Positions 47,912 through 57,217 of a stretch of 64,000 nucleotides of DNA are shown piece by piece. The notes under the pieces are model-generated. The model saw only the letters and a list, made by a program, of their open reading frames with translations, did not search any database and had not been told where the DNA came from. This DNA comes from Pseudobdellovibrio sp. Lineage in GTDB: Bacteria > Bdellovibrionota > Bdellovibrionia > Bdellovibrionales > Bdellovibrionaceae. Position numbers and translations under genes: made by a program. The stretch spans positions 5,372-69,371 of the forward strand of contig JBKBPU010000005.1 in assembly GCA_046293015.1 (NCBI GenBank). Reading direction: 5' to 3'. The stretch's first letter is position 1; the number at the start of each line of letters is the position of its first letter.

Positions 47912-50371
47912 TTACTTAATATTTAATTGGTCAGGTGGTATAACTTTCGGTGGTTTACCATCAAATGAAAATTCGAACTTAACTTTCCACTCTGCCGAAT
48001 TACCAACTTTTTGATCGCGATAAAAATTAATAGCCCAGCATTCTCCAGGTGGTTTTAACTGTGCGATCATTGAAAATTGTTTTACTCTTGAATCAGATGT
48101 ACTATTTGTACTTGTGTCAATAATAAATCCGGAAAGTAAATTTACATATTTGGTAACAAATCCCATTGCAAGCAGAACATCGTCTGTTGTTGGTTCTTCT
48201 GTGCGTTTTGTGTTGTAGCCAATTTTGAAATATTGTTGTTTTTCATTTAAATATGATAACGATGTCGATGAGTTAGTTGCATCAACATAAGGATAATAGT
48301 TAAATTGATTACTTAAAGTGAATTGATTGTTAATGTAAGTTAAAGTTCCAGAAAGATCTGATAAAGGTTGGCGTGCGCCATATTTAGATTGTTGAACTTG
48401 ATAAATATCGTACGATTGTGAAAGCCTAAAATCTAATGTGTTCTGATAATTGTTAATCTCTGTATTTTTCCTGATGACACGATTGAGTAATGTTAATGTA
48501 ACTAAATGACGATCATAAATCCGATCATAATAATCATATTGTACACCATAAACATCGTTGATATCCGCATCAGATAAATTGTTGCGCGAAGAATAGGGTT
48601 TCTCACCATGGGCAATATTTCCAAAAAATGGATGCGCTTCTTGTTCTACCCAGGGAATATTTGAGTAGGTAATTTCAGGAATAAATTCATGTTTATATTT
48701 ATATTTTGAATCGTTGTTATCGTAAATTTTGTAGAGTCTACTGCGAGATGCAATATCAAATTTAACGTATTGTCGTGTGTTATATCGACTGCTACCCTCA
48801 TCGAAAAAGTAATTTGTTAAATTATAAGAAGCTTTAGGTAAAATGGTGACTGCTTCACCTGGAGTAAAAGCTTTAGTTGTTATGTTGAATTGTGAGTTGA
48901 TACGACGACCTGTTCGCAATATATCATTGGTCTCGTTGTATACACCATCTGAAATGGGATGACACGCACGCATCGTGCCATCAGCTATGTGATCGCAACT
49001 TGGATCGTTCGCATCATTTGTAACGTATTTTTGTTTGCCATTAGTTGATATATCGTCCCACTTTTTTTCACGATAAAATGAATCAAACTGAATTGCTGTC
49101 GATGCAAAAAATGGAGTGTCAGCAATTTGATAAAGAGTGCTATCAAACTTTACTTCAGGTAATTTGTGTATAGCAGAGTCATTCGACGCTGCAGGGTTGC
49201 TTTCTAATAAGTGTTTATAATAATAAGCGTTAAATTGAGTAGTAGTGTGTTTCGATGAGTGATTCAACATTAGCCCATTTTCGAGTCCGCCATCTGCATA
49301 ATTTTTAAATTCATCATAAAATTCTTTTGGATATTGTAGGTCGCTAATTAAATTAATCTTTAATCGAGCGTTAATATCAGGTTTGAATTCATGTTGTGCA
49401 TAACCTTGAATTGACCAGCGGCGAAATGAAGTATTTTGTTCGTTTGGATTGCGATAAATGTTGAGTAATTTACTCGATGCAAAAACTTTATCATTAAAAT
49501 TTGAAAAACTGAATTGACCAAAAGAATAGTCAGTCAGTGCATATCTATATTCTATAATTTCTTTAAGTCCACCTAATTCATAATTTTTGAATGTAATGGT
49601 CGCATCATCAGATGGTGATATTGCCCAGAAAAAGCTTTGAGAAAAAATAAGGTTTCTATTGGGGATGTAACCAAATTCTGGAGGTAAAAAACCAGTTTGT
49701 CTTTCGTTTTTAAGTGGAATGATAAGATAAGGTAACCAAAGTATAGGTACACCGCTAATTTCTAAAAAAGTATTTTTTAGAAAAGCATAACCTCCTAACT
49801 CAGCTTTAATTTGATGGCTATTAAAACTCCAAGTAGAAGGACAGTTTGTGCAAGTTGTATAATTTGCATCTACAACATAAAAATTTTGTGGGCCTCGCTG
49901 TTCGATCAATGCCCCTTGAAAGCGAACATTGTTTGATTTTACATATCCATTAATAATTAATGCTTGATTTGATAAATAGTCTAAATCAATTTCATCGCCA
50001 CCAATCTCATAATCCAATGATTGAATATGAACATTGCCTTTGAGATGGGCTTTCTTTTTACGGACATTAATTTCAACAGCATCTGCTTTGAAATGCTGTT
50101 GCTGGTAAATAATTTGTACATTGCCTTCAAGTAAAACAATATTTTTTTCGTTATCACGAATAAGAGAATTGGCAGTGATCGTAAAACCACTTATGCGTGC
50201 AGTGGTCATAGGAGTGATGGCCTGTTGTGTTTGATCTATTTTGTCTTGTGCATAACTTATTTTGCTCAAGAGAAGAATGAGCATGATTAAAATCAAAAGA
50301 CAGCATTGATTGTCAGCACGATTGAGGTTCGAATGTTCAAATTTGATTTTTGTCATGTTGAATAAACTCAC
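47912..50371 (-). CDS. lptD: LPS-assembly protein LptD
   Basis: OstA-like N-terminus, YTTCTNCP..W, PILWLPYLIIPL..ERQTGFL.P, and a C-terminal beta-barrel. Confidence 0.9.
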   Translation of the reverse strand: MSLFNMTKIKFEHSNLNRADNQCCLLILIMLILLLSKISYAQDKIDQTQQAITPMTTARISGFTITANSLIRDNEKNIVLLEGNVQIIYQQQHFKADAVEINVRKKKAHLKGNVHIQSLDYEIGGDEIDLDYLSNQALIINGYVKSNNVRFQGALIEQRGPQNFYVVDANYTTCTNCPSTWSFNSHQIKAELGGYAFLKNTFLEISGVPILWLPYLIIPLKNERQTGFLPPEFGYIPNRNLIFSQSFFWAISPSDDATITFKNYELGGLKEIIEYRYALTDYSFGQFSFSNFNDKVFASSKLLNIYRNPNEQNTSFRRWSIQGYAQHEFKPDINARLKINLISDLQYPKEFYDEFKNYADGGLENGLMLNHSSKHTTTQFNAYYYKHLLESNPAASNDSAIHKLPEVKFDSTLYQIADTPFFASTAIQFDSFYREKKWDDISTNGKQKYVTNDANDPSCDHIADGTMRACHPISDGVYNETNDILRTGRRINSQFNITTKAFTPGEAVTILPKASYNLTNYFFDEGSSRYNTRQYVKFDIASRSRLYKIYDNNDSKYKYKHEFIPEITYSNIPWVEQEAHPFFGNIAHGEKPYSSRNNLSDADINDVYGVQYDYYDRIYDRHLVTLTLLNRVIRKNTEINNYQNTLDFRLSQSYDIYQVQQSKYGARQPLSDLSGTLTYINNQFTLSNQFNYYPYVDATNSSTSLSYLNEKQQYFKIGYNTKRTEEPTTDDVLLAMGFVTKYVNLLSGFIIDTSTNSTSDSRVKQFSMIAQLKPPGECWAINFYRDQKVGNSAEWKVKFEFSFDGKPPKVIPPDQLNIK

Positions 50372-50465
50372 AGGTTAATAGTCTAGAAAAAAAGGGTGGC
50401 GTTGTCACTTTAAGACTGAAGTCTATTCATTTTTTTTAAATGTTTATCGATATGCTTTTATCGAG

Positions 50466-50804
50466 GTGATCATGGATGCAAAGTTTTATGAAATTGGTGA
50501 AGTAACGATAGTAGAAGTGAGCGGAAGAATTGAACCCGATCAAAATAAGCCATTTAGAGATGTGTGTGAGCGTAAACTTAAAGATCGCAAGGTTGTTTTT
50601 TGTTTAGATCGCTTGTCTTTTACAGCATCCGCTAATATTACGACATTTTTTGAATCAATATCAACAATACCACAAGCTAAAGTCGTAGGTCTCAAGCAAG
50701 ATTTTTATAGATTGCTCGAACTCAAGGGTATTTCGATGCAAACATTTGAAACGATTTCAGATGCAATTAACCCTGAAAATCTTTTAAATTTAAAGAAAGA
50801 TTAG
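50466..50804 (+). CDS. STAS-domain protein (anti-anti-sigma-like)
   Basis: TIVEVSGRIE…VVFCLDRLSF pattern; 112 aa. Confidence 0.7.
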   Translation: MIMDAKFYEIGEVTIVEVSGRIEPDQNKPFRDVCERKLKDRKVVFCLDRLSFTASANITTFFESISTIPQAKVVGLKQDFYRLLELKGISMQTFETISDAINPENLLNLKKD

Positions 50805-51843
50805 TATTTAATTTTTCGAACATTTTCAATCTCAGTGAAAGTGTTTCTAATTCATTAAGCTTAGTGTTTAACTGCACTCGTGTAGAATCTAGCACTGATT
50901 GAAGTTGTTCGTTACTTGTAACAAGCTTGTTATTTTCAAGTTTTAAATCGTTTTCATTCGACTTCATTAGCATGATCTCTTCCTCTAGTTCATGTACCTT
51001 CAATTTTAGAGTATGAATGCTTTGAAGTTGATCATCGTGTGAACGTTTAAACCGAATGAGTTCGTTCTCAATAAAATGTTTGGTCTCTAATTGCTTCTTT
51101 AGTTTTAAGTTTTCATTTTGTAAATCTAGTGTTTTTTCCTGCTCTGCTACGATTTCTTTTGAAAGAAAATGGATTTGTTCTTCGTATCCTTGAATAAGCA
51201 TATTTTTTTCACGATTATTTTGCTGTGTTGTTGATTCGAATTTGCTTTTTTGGCTTTCAATTTCATTTTCTAAATTACGAATCATGTTTTCGTTACTATT
51301 GATTATTTTAACTTGCTGTGTTGCAAGCATATTAAGTTCACTGATTTTTTGTTTTAAATTTTCAACATATGGTTTGATAACATTCTTAATTTTTAGGTGA
51401 AATTTGGTTAATCGATTGAGATCAATTTTTTGTGTTTCTATAAGCTTAAGAGAAGCTTCATTTTGATAAGTTAACTTATCGACTTCGATTTCAAGTTCAT
51501 TACTGTAAGAAAGTAATTTTTTATTTTTCTCAGTGACTAGATCAGACTTTTCGGCGAGCTCTTTATTTTCGAAAAATAACGAGTTTTTTTCTTGAATTAA
51601 TTTTTGGTTTTCTGCTTCATAGATAACCATCTTTTTATAATTTATTTTAAGTCTATTTTGAAGATCTTCTATTTGTTGAGTTAAATCTTCAACAACCAGT
51701 GAGTTTTGTGAAACGCCTTGTGAGTGTGATGCAGATAGAGTTGGTCTGAACTTAGGTGGTGTTGAAGTTGTTTTTTGAATCGAATGACGAGACTCTTCCG
51801 AATCACCAGGTAAAATTTCAAGGTGCTTTAATTCAAAATCCAT
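50767..51843 (-). CDS. Long coiled-coil hypothetical protein
   Basis: Heptad-rich E/K/L/Q/N composition; GGAGG RBS. Confidence 0.8.
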   Translation of the reverse strand: MDFELKHLEILPGDSEESRHSIQKTTSTPPKFRPTLSASHSQGVSQNSLVVEDLTQQIEDLQNRLKINYKKMVIYEAENQKLIQEKNSLFFENKELAEKSDLVTEKNKKLLSYSNELEIEVDKLTYQNEASLKLIETQKIDLNRLTKFHLKIKNVIKPYVENLKQKISELNMLATQQVKIINSNENMIRNLENEIESQKSKFESTTQQNNREKNMLIQGYEEQIHFLSKEIVAEQEKTLDLQNENLKLKKQLETKHFIENELIRFKRSHDDQLQSIHTLKLKVHELEEEIMLMKSNENDLKLENNKLVTSNEQLQSVLDSTRVQLNTKLNELETLSLRLKMFEKLNTNLSLNLKDFQG

Positions 51844-51978
51844 AAGACTTCCTCCTGAAGTAATACTTCAATAAAGTGTCTCATAACTGGACTAGACTTT
51901 AAAGATATCCAATTTCTTATGTAACAAAACTAGACCTAAATCTTGTTTTTTTTGGGGTTAAAAAATTGAACGATCAAT

Positions 51979-52005
51979 CTAGATTTTGGTCGACTAAGCC
52001 GATAA
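51979..52005 (+). promoter_or_regulatory. Putative sigma28 (FliA) promoter
   Basis: Perfect -10 GCCGATAA (51998-52005) with CTAGATTT 11 nt upstream; ATG follows 9 nt later. Confidence 0.5.
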
Positions 52006-52014
52006 GTAGCTTAT

Positions 52015-52560
52015 ATGGCGGCTTTACCACTCAGAGATAAACGAGCACTAAATGATCTTGATATTACCGATTTAGGATCGCCAGATACAGTACGTTTCAA
52101 TGTACTTACTTTTGTAGTTAATGAAGAGTATGAACGCGCAGTGCATTATTTAAAGGACTATCTTGAAAGAGATTCTGATTATCCTAATTATAGAGACAGG
52201 ATTGAGAGATATATACATCATGCAGTTGATTTAGTTTTTGCAATTAAAAACAAAAGAAACTTTCCTGGTATGGCCTTATTGGGTAAGTCTAAACAGAATG
52301 AATTAAGAGAAAAATATAGAGATCATTTTCACGAACTTAAAAATGTTATGAAAAAAATTGAAACATGCCAGGAAGAACTACGCTTAAATGATATTAAATC
52401 GACAACAATGTTGGTTAGATCATTTTGGTTAGCCATTGTTGCAGTATTTATATCCGCTTTAGCAATTGAAATGTATCAAGGTTTAAGCGTGACAATCTAT
52501 GTTGTCTTTGAAGAGTATGTAAACAAAGGAATAGATTGGATTTTTGCGCTGATGAAATAA
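52015..52560 (+). CDS. Hypothetical protein with a C-terminal TM helix
   Basis: 181-aa ORF: helical cytoplasmic part plus a TM segment. Confidence 0.75.
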   Translation: MAALPLRDKRALNDLDITDLGSPDTVRFNVLTFVVNEEYERAVHYLKDYLERDSDYPNYRDRIERYIHHAVDLVFAIKNKRNFPGMALLGKSKQNELREKYRDHFHELKNVMKKIETCQEELRLNDIKSTTMLVRSFWLAIVAVFISALAIEMYQGLSVTIYVVFEEYVNKGIDWIFALMK

Positions 52561-52573
52561 AGTCTTTTGATTA

Positions 52574-53803
52574 TTACTCCAGTGTTTTCAATGCTCCATT
52601 TAAGACATCAATATATTGTCCATAATCTAGTCTTTTGCCGTTAAGAAAAATCGATGGTGTGCCGGAAATTTTAGCAGCTTCTCCTTCGAGACTTGTTTTT
52701 TTGATGAGCTCAAATGTTTCTGCTGATGTTGCACAGGATTTGATTTCTGAGCCATTTAAACCGTAGAGATTTGAAACTTCTTCTAATGAAGTCGTTAAGT
52801 CAGAAGTAAAACTCAAATTTTCTTGATTCTCGAAAATCCAATAATACATCTCCCAACCTTTTTGGTATATTCTTTCAGCGCAGAGAACCCATCCCGCTAA
52901 TTCGCAACGAGATCCATCTCCTTTATTAGGAATACTTGGGTTGCAAGTACCATCTAGTGGGTATGGTTTGAATACAAATTTTATGTTGTTTTTTGAAGAT
53001 AGAAATAACTTAAAGGTTTGAGCTGCACTTTTACAGTGTGGACATTTAAAATCTGCAAATTCGACTAATGTAGCCTTTGGCTCAATCTTGGATGTTTTTA
53101 TTAAACCCAATTTTTCGTCAAAGTTAATTTGAGGGCTATTTTGCCACGCGTAAACTTTTTCAGGAACCATTTTAGCTAAAGCTGAAAGTCCAAAGTTATC
53201 ACTTATTGAGCCAGAAATAAACCAAGCTAGTACTGGTATAAAAGTTAAACTTACAAGGAAGCTTTTTTCTTCGCTCAATTGGCTAATATCGATTTTTGAG
53301 TTTTTAAATTCAGAAAAAGCTAAATATGTTATAAAAAATGAAAATATGTACGACAGAATGCAAAATGGACAATAAACTTTTAAAATCAAAGATGATATTG
53401 CTAGTAATACGACTGATACGGCACTCGATAAAGTCGTTATAGCTTTGTAAAGAAAAGAAAATGCCGGAGTTTCATCAGACCATCCAAACTTGATAAAGAG
53501 AGTTGCTCCTAGCATAATCAATGAGTAACTAAATCCGATGACAGCAATAGGTATATTTAATACTTCAGAATATTTACTTAGCGCGGCTGTGTCACAGTTC
53601 AATGTTGAGTTAATGTGACATAATGATGAACCGCTTAACCCCATCTTGGTCATATAATGATGGTATGTTAGATAAGCAAATACAAGTAATAATCCGAGGA
53701 ACGAGAAAATAAGTAAGTTAATTTTTTTTGTCATCTTTATATAATTTGATGAATAATGATTGAAATCAAGCAGTGATTTACTAAAATAATGCGATGACTC
53801 CAA
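52574..53803 (-). CDS. VKOR + DsbA/thioredoxin-like fusion protein
   Basis: VKOR Cys pair (CHINSTLNC), CPFC in the TM region, and a thioredoxin FADFKCPHC…GTPS(I)F motif. The start may be downstream of the ORF start. Confidence 0.88.
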   Translation of the reverse strand: MESSHYFSKSLLDFNHYSSNYIKMTKKINLLIFSFLGLLLVFAYLTYHHYMTKMGLSGSSLCHINSTLNCDTAALSKYSEVLNIPIAVIGFSYSLIMLGATLFIKFGWSDETPAFSFLYKAITTLSSAVSVVLLAISSLILKVYCPFCILSYIFSFFITYLAFSEFKNSKIDISQLSEEKSFLVSLTFIPVLAWFISGSISDNFGLSALAKMVPEKVYAWQNSPQINFDEKLGLIKTSKIEPKATLVEFADFKCPHCKSAAQTFKLFLSSKNNIKFVFKPYPLDGTCNPSIPNKGDGSRCELAGWVLCAERIYQKGWEMYYWIFENQENLSFTSDLTTSLEEVSNLYGLNGSEIKSCATSAETFELIKKTSLEGEAAKISGTPSIFLNGKRLDYGQYIDVLNGALKTLE

Positions 53804-55404
53804 TAGAATTGCTTAAGATTAAACAGAATTACTACCAAAACATTCGAGAACGCGTTGAGGGGATCTTAAATGTTCAATCCAAGCAAATAAAGAAGTATCA
53901 ATTGGATTATGAAGCAGAAATCAAAAAGACCAAGTGGTCTATTGGTCAAAAAAAAGATTTTTTTAAATCGATCAGTGAACATAACGTTATCCTGACAGGT
54001 GATTTTCATGCTCATATTCAAACGACAAAAGCTATTTTAAGACTTGCTCGTCATATTGGTTCAGAAAAGTTAGTCATCGGCCTTGAATCAATATTTGTTG
54101 AACATCAAGTTAGTCTTGATGAATACATGGCTGGTCAGTTGACGGATCAAGATTTTCTTAAAAAAATTGAGTGGGCTAAAAATTGGGGTTTCCCTTGGGA
54201 ATATACCAAAACATTATTGAAGTGGGCTATTCAAAATAAAGTTCCTGTTGTTGGGCTGAATAAAATTTCAATTAAAAATTTAGCTGATCGGGACAAATTT
54301 AGTGCGCAGATGATTTCGCAAACGCTCAAGCGCTATCCTGATCGAAAAATGATCGTGCAGTATGGCGAATTTCACTTATCGCAAGGTCATTTACCGCAGA
54401 AAATACAAAAAATTAGCAACTCAATGAATGTTTCGCTTAAAGTTCTTGTTGTTATGCAAAGTCCGGAAAAAGTATTTTTTGATCTTATGAGAAAGGGGAA
54501 AGATCCTGCAGTCATTGATTTTGTTAAAAATAATAAGAGCCGTTGGGCAATGATGTCGGTTGTTCCGTGGGTTAAATGGCAGGATTACCTTTTATTTTTA
54601 GAATCTGGTTTTGATCGTCGTATTAAAGTTGATGACTCTGATTTCACTGATCATGTTCATCAAGCCGTTTTGGTTTTAAAAAATGTTTTAAAGTTGAACA
54701 CACTTAATGCTGAGGATTTTGCAGTCTATGGAGTAAATGATGAAACCTTGTTTGATAAAATCGAGAGTTTGGATAAAAACTTAAGAAAACACTATCGCGA
54801 TCTTATTCTTAATGGTCAGTCATTTTATTGCCCTGAGGGGGATTTTGGTTTTGTTGCGAGGCCAACATTAAACCAAATATCTAAATTGTCCGCGCAATTA
54901 GTTTTGTTTAAATTAAATGTTTATCGAAAAACTATGATCGATGGTCAAAAGAAATTTTTATCTCTTATTTGGTTGGAAGCATTGACATATTTTTTAGTCA
55001 AATTAATAAATCCGAAGAAAAAAACTGATACATTTGAGGATATACGTTTAGCTTTACGTAACGAAAATTTTACTGATAAAGGTAAAGAAGCATTGACTTT
55101 GGCTTTAGAACAAAAAATGAATGAAGTAAGATACGCCTCGTTGCAAGATATTAGAGGTTTTGATCGTCGTTATAAACTTATTCGTAATAAAAAAAGTTTT
55201 TTTGTTTCTTCTCAGATTCTTGGGGGAATTATGGGTGAGAAGATATATTACGCTTATAAGCGTAAACATTTAGATTGGTCTAGACAAAAAAACTTTTTAC
55301 TGCGCGATCTCTATAGCGAACTATTTATTAAAGCATATTATGAATCTGTTGAAATTATTGATTCTTGGCCAGCATCGTTTCGTAGTAAATTTGATAGATT
55401 TTAA
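53794..55404 (+). CDS. ChaN/TIKI/EreA-fold protein with a large C-terminal extension
   Basis: LTGDFH, IGLES, NWGFPW, VPVVGLN, RD and YGEFHL motifs. Confidence 0.7.
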   Translation: MTPIELLKIKQNYYQNIRERVEGILNVQSKQIKKYQLDYEAEIKKTKWSIGQKKDFFKSISEHNVILTGDFHAHIQTTKAILRLARHIGSEKLVIGLESIFVEHQVSLDEYMAGQLTDQDFLKKIEWAKNWGFPWEYTKTLLKWAIQNKVPVVGLNKISIKNLADRDKFSAQMISQTLKRYPDRKMIVQYGEFHLSQGHLPQKIQKISNSMNVSLKVLVVMQSPEKVFFDLMRKGKDPAVIDFVKNNKSRWAMMSVVPWVKWQDYLLFLESGFDRRIKVDDSDFTDHVHQAVLVLKNVLKLNTLNAEDFAVYGVNDETLFDKIESLDKNLRKHYRDLILNGQSFYCPEGDFGFVARPTLNQISKLSAQLVLFKLNVYRKTMIDGQKKFLSLIWLEALTYFLVKLINPKKKTDTFEDIRLALRNENFTDKGKEALTLALEQKMNEVRYASLQDIRGFDRRYKLIRNKKSFFVSSQILGGIMGEKIYYAYKRKHLDWSRQKNFLLRDLYSELFIKAYYESVEIIDSWPASFRSKFDRF

Positions 55405-55679
55405 CTTTTTGCAACCTTATCTTTAAACTCTTTTCCGGGTTTAAATCGTGGAACAGAACATTCGGGTATTTTGTGTGTTTCACCGGTTTTTGGATTTCGA
55501 CCTGTTTTAGCTTTACGTGACTGTTTAAGAAATGAACCAAAACCTACAATTTTCACTTCTTCACCAGCTGATACAGTTCTTTGAATAATATGTAATAGTT
55601 CGTTAATTGTTGTTTCAGTTTGAGACTTTGTTAATTTTGTTTTAAGCGATACCGCTGTGATGAGCTCTGATTTATTCAT
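55401..55679 (-). CDS. hup: HU family DNA-binding protein
   Basis: MNKSELI…GFGSF…GRNPKTGE…PRFKPGKEFKDKV; AAGGA RBS before ATG 55679. Confidence 0.95.
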   Translation of the reverse strand: MNKSELITAVSLKTKLTKSQTETTINELLHIIQRTVSAGEEVKIVGFGSFLKQSRKAKTGRNPKTGETHKIPECSVPRFKPGKEFKDKVAKS

Positions 55680-55802
55680 GTGGTCCTTCTGTTTAATCTC
55701 CAAGATTATTAGAACTAGTTTGCTTAGTGTGATAAGTCTATTATTTTTCAAAATAATGACTTTCAAACTTAACTTTCGTCCAATGCTGGCCGAAAGGATG
55801 GT

Positions 55803-56441
55803 ATGCAAAGAAGTTATCAATATTTATTTCTATGTCTTTCGTTATTCGTTGTAATGTATTCATTTTTCTTTTCTTTTGATATTTATATCAAAGGGTCGGA
55901 TTTCGATAAAAAGCACATTCATTTTTTAAATGCAAAACTTGAACAAGTAAAGTTTGAAAAAGAATTGGTTGCTCAGGGAATTACTGAAGGCAATGCTCGG
56001 AGTATCGCTTCGATTTCAATGAGTTCAAATTTGCAGTACAAACCACTAAAGGAAAGACCCGTTGAATTTTCTGAGTTCTACTTTATACGAATTCAAGATT
56101 TAAAAAATCAAGAAAAATACGACGCTGCTTTGAAAATGATTGCAGAAGTTAAAGAAAAATCTACTTCTATCGAATACCTATCGCGTGCAGATTATGAATT
56201 TTTAAGTATTAAGTGTAATCAATCAAAAATAAATGATATTTGTATCGAGCGGGTCGACCAAATGGTTTCTCAATATCCTTACTCAGAGTGGACGGGATTA
56301 GCGCTTTTGTGGTTATCGGATGTTTACGCTAAAGTGAATCGAATTGAAGATTCAAGAAAATTAGTTAATATTCTAAAAAAAGATTTTTCTGATAGCAAAA
56401 AAATATCCAAGTATCTCGATTCTCACTTAAAAACGGAGTAA
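55803..56441 (+). CDS. Membrane-anchored TPR-like hypothetical protein
   Basis: N-terminal TM and a YPYSEW..LALLWL TPR-like motif. Confidence 0.65.
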   Translation: MQRSYQYLFLCLSLFVVMYSFFFSFDIYIKGSDFDKKHIHFLNAKLEQVKFEKELVAQGITEGNARSIASISMSSNLQYKPLKERPVEFSEFYFIRIQDLKNQEKYDAALKMIAEVKEKSTSIEYLSRADYEFLSIKCNQSKINDICIERVDQMVSQYPYSEWTGLALLWLSDVYAKVNRIEDSRKLVNILKKDFSDSKKISKYLDSHLKTE

Positions 56442-56447
56442 CTTGAT

Positions 56448-57200
56448 ATGAGTGATGTGACATTTAGGTTATTGTTGTTTTTGATCTTTTTGAGCTTAGA
56501 TGCGTATGCTAGCGAAGATAACCATTCTGCTAATATTGAAAACTCTCATTCTCGTGCAGCTGAAAATAAATCTGTTAAGACTCAAAATGTAAAATTTGAC
56601 GAGGACAATGTTGTAACCATGCCACTTGGATGTTTAAAAAATTCGTCTTATCCGTGCGTGTTTAAAAGTTTGAATAGACAACACATGCAAATTCAGGATG
56701 TTAAACTGACACTTTTGTCTGGTAGTGTAGTAAAATTAGTTCGTGTTGATCCTAGACCTGTTTTCGAACCTCTTGTGGGTGGTTTTGTTGTTGATCAAGC
56801 AAAAGATAAGGTTTTTGTTAAAACTTATGAGTTAACTCAATTTCCTTCGTACGCAACAAAGACTAAAGACCAGGTTGAGGTGATCGATGGAAAGGATTTT
56901 TACTTAATTAAATTTAAAAATGAAGATTCTGAAAAAGTCTTATTAGATAAAGAAGATTTTGTGAAAAAAATAGCTCAGTTTTTTACAAACAAACAACATC
57001 TGCGAATAAAACTTAAAGAGATTTCAATTGTTTACGAAAAAAGCTTTAGAAACGACTTGGCTGTTCAGGAAAAGATTATTGCACGTAAACTTGCTTCAAT
57101 TGAAGAGGAAAAAAAGGCTCAAGAAGACAAAAGGAAAGAAATTGAAGAAAAAAGAAAAAAAGAACAGAAGTATTTTTTTCAGAGGACTTTTGAAAGATAG
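56448..57200 (+). CDS. Secreted hypothetical protein with a charged C-terminal coiled coil
   Basis: Signal peptide, Cys pair and K/E-rich tail. Confidence 0.7.
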   Translation: MSDVTFRLLLFLIFLSLDAYASEDNHSANIENSHSRAAENKSVKTQNVKFDEDNVVTMPLGCLKNSSYPCVFKSLNRQHMQIQDVKLTLLSGSVVKLVRVDPRPVFEPLVGGFVVDQAKDKVFVKTYELTQFPSYATKTKDQVEVIDGKDFYLIKFKNEDSEKVLLDKEDFVKKIAQFFTNKQHLRIKLKEISIVYEKSFRNDLAVQEKIIARKLASIEEEKKAQEDKRKEIEEKRKKEQKYFFQRTFER

Positions 57201-57217
57201 TTGCTTAAGCTTATAAA

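Noticed and set aside
55680-55820. N-terminal extension on HU suggested by the ORF track
   Set aside because: The canonical MNKSEL start at 55679 has its own RBS; the upstream part is just open frame in the divergent promoter region.
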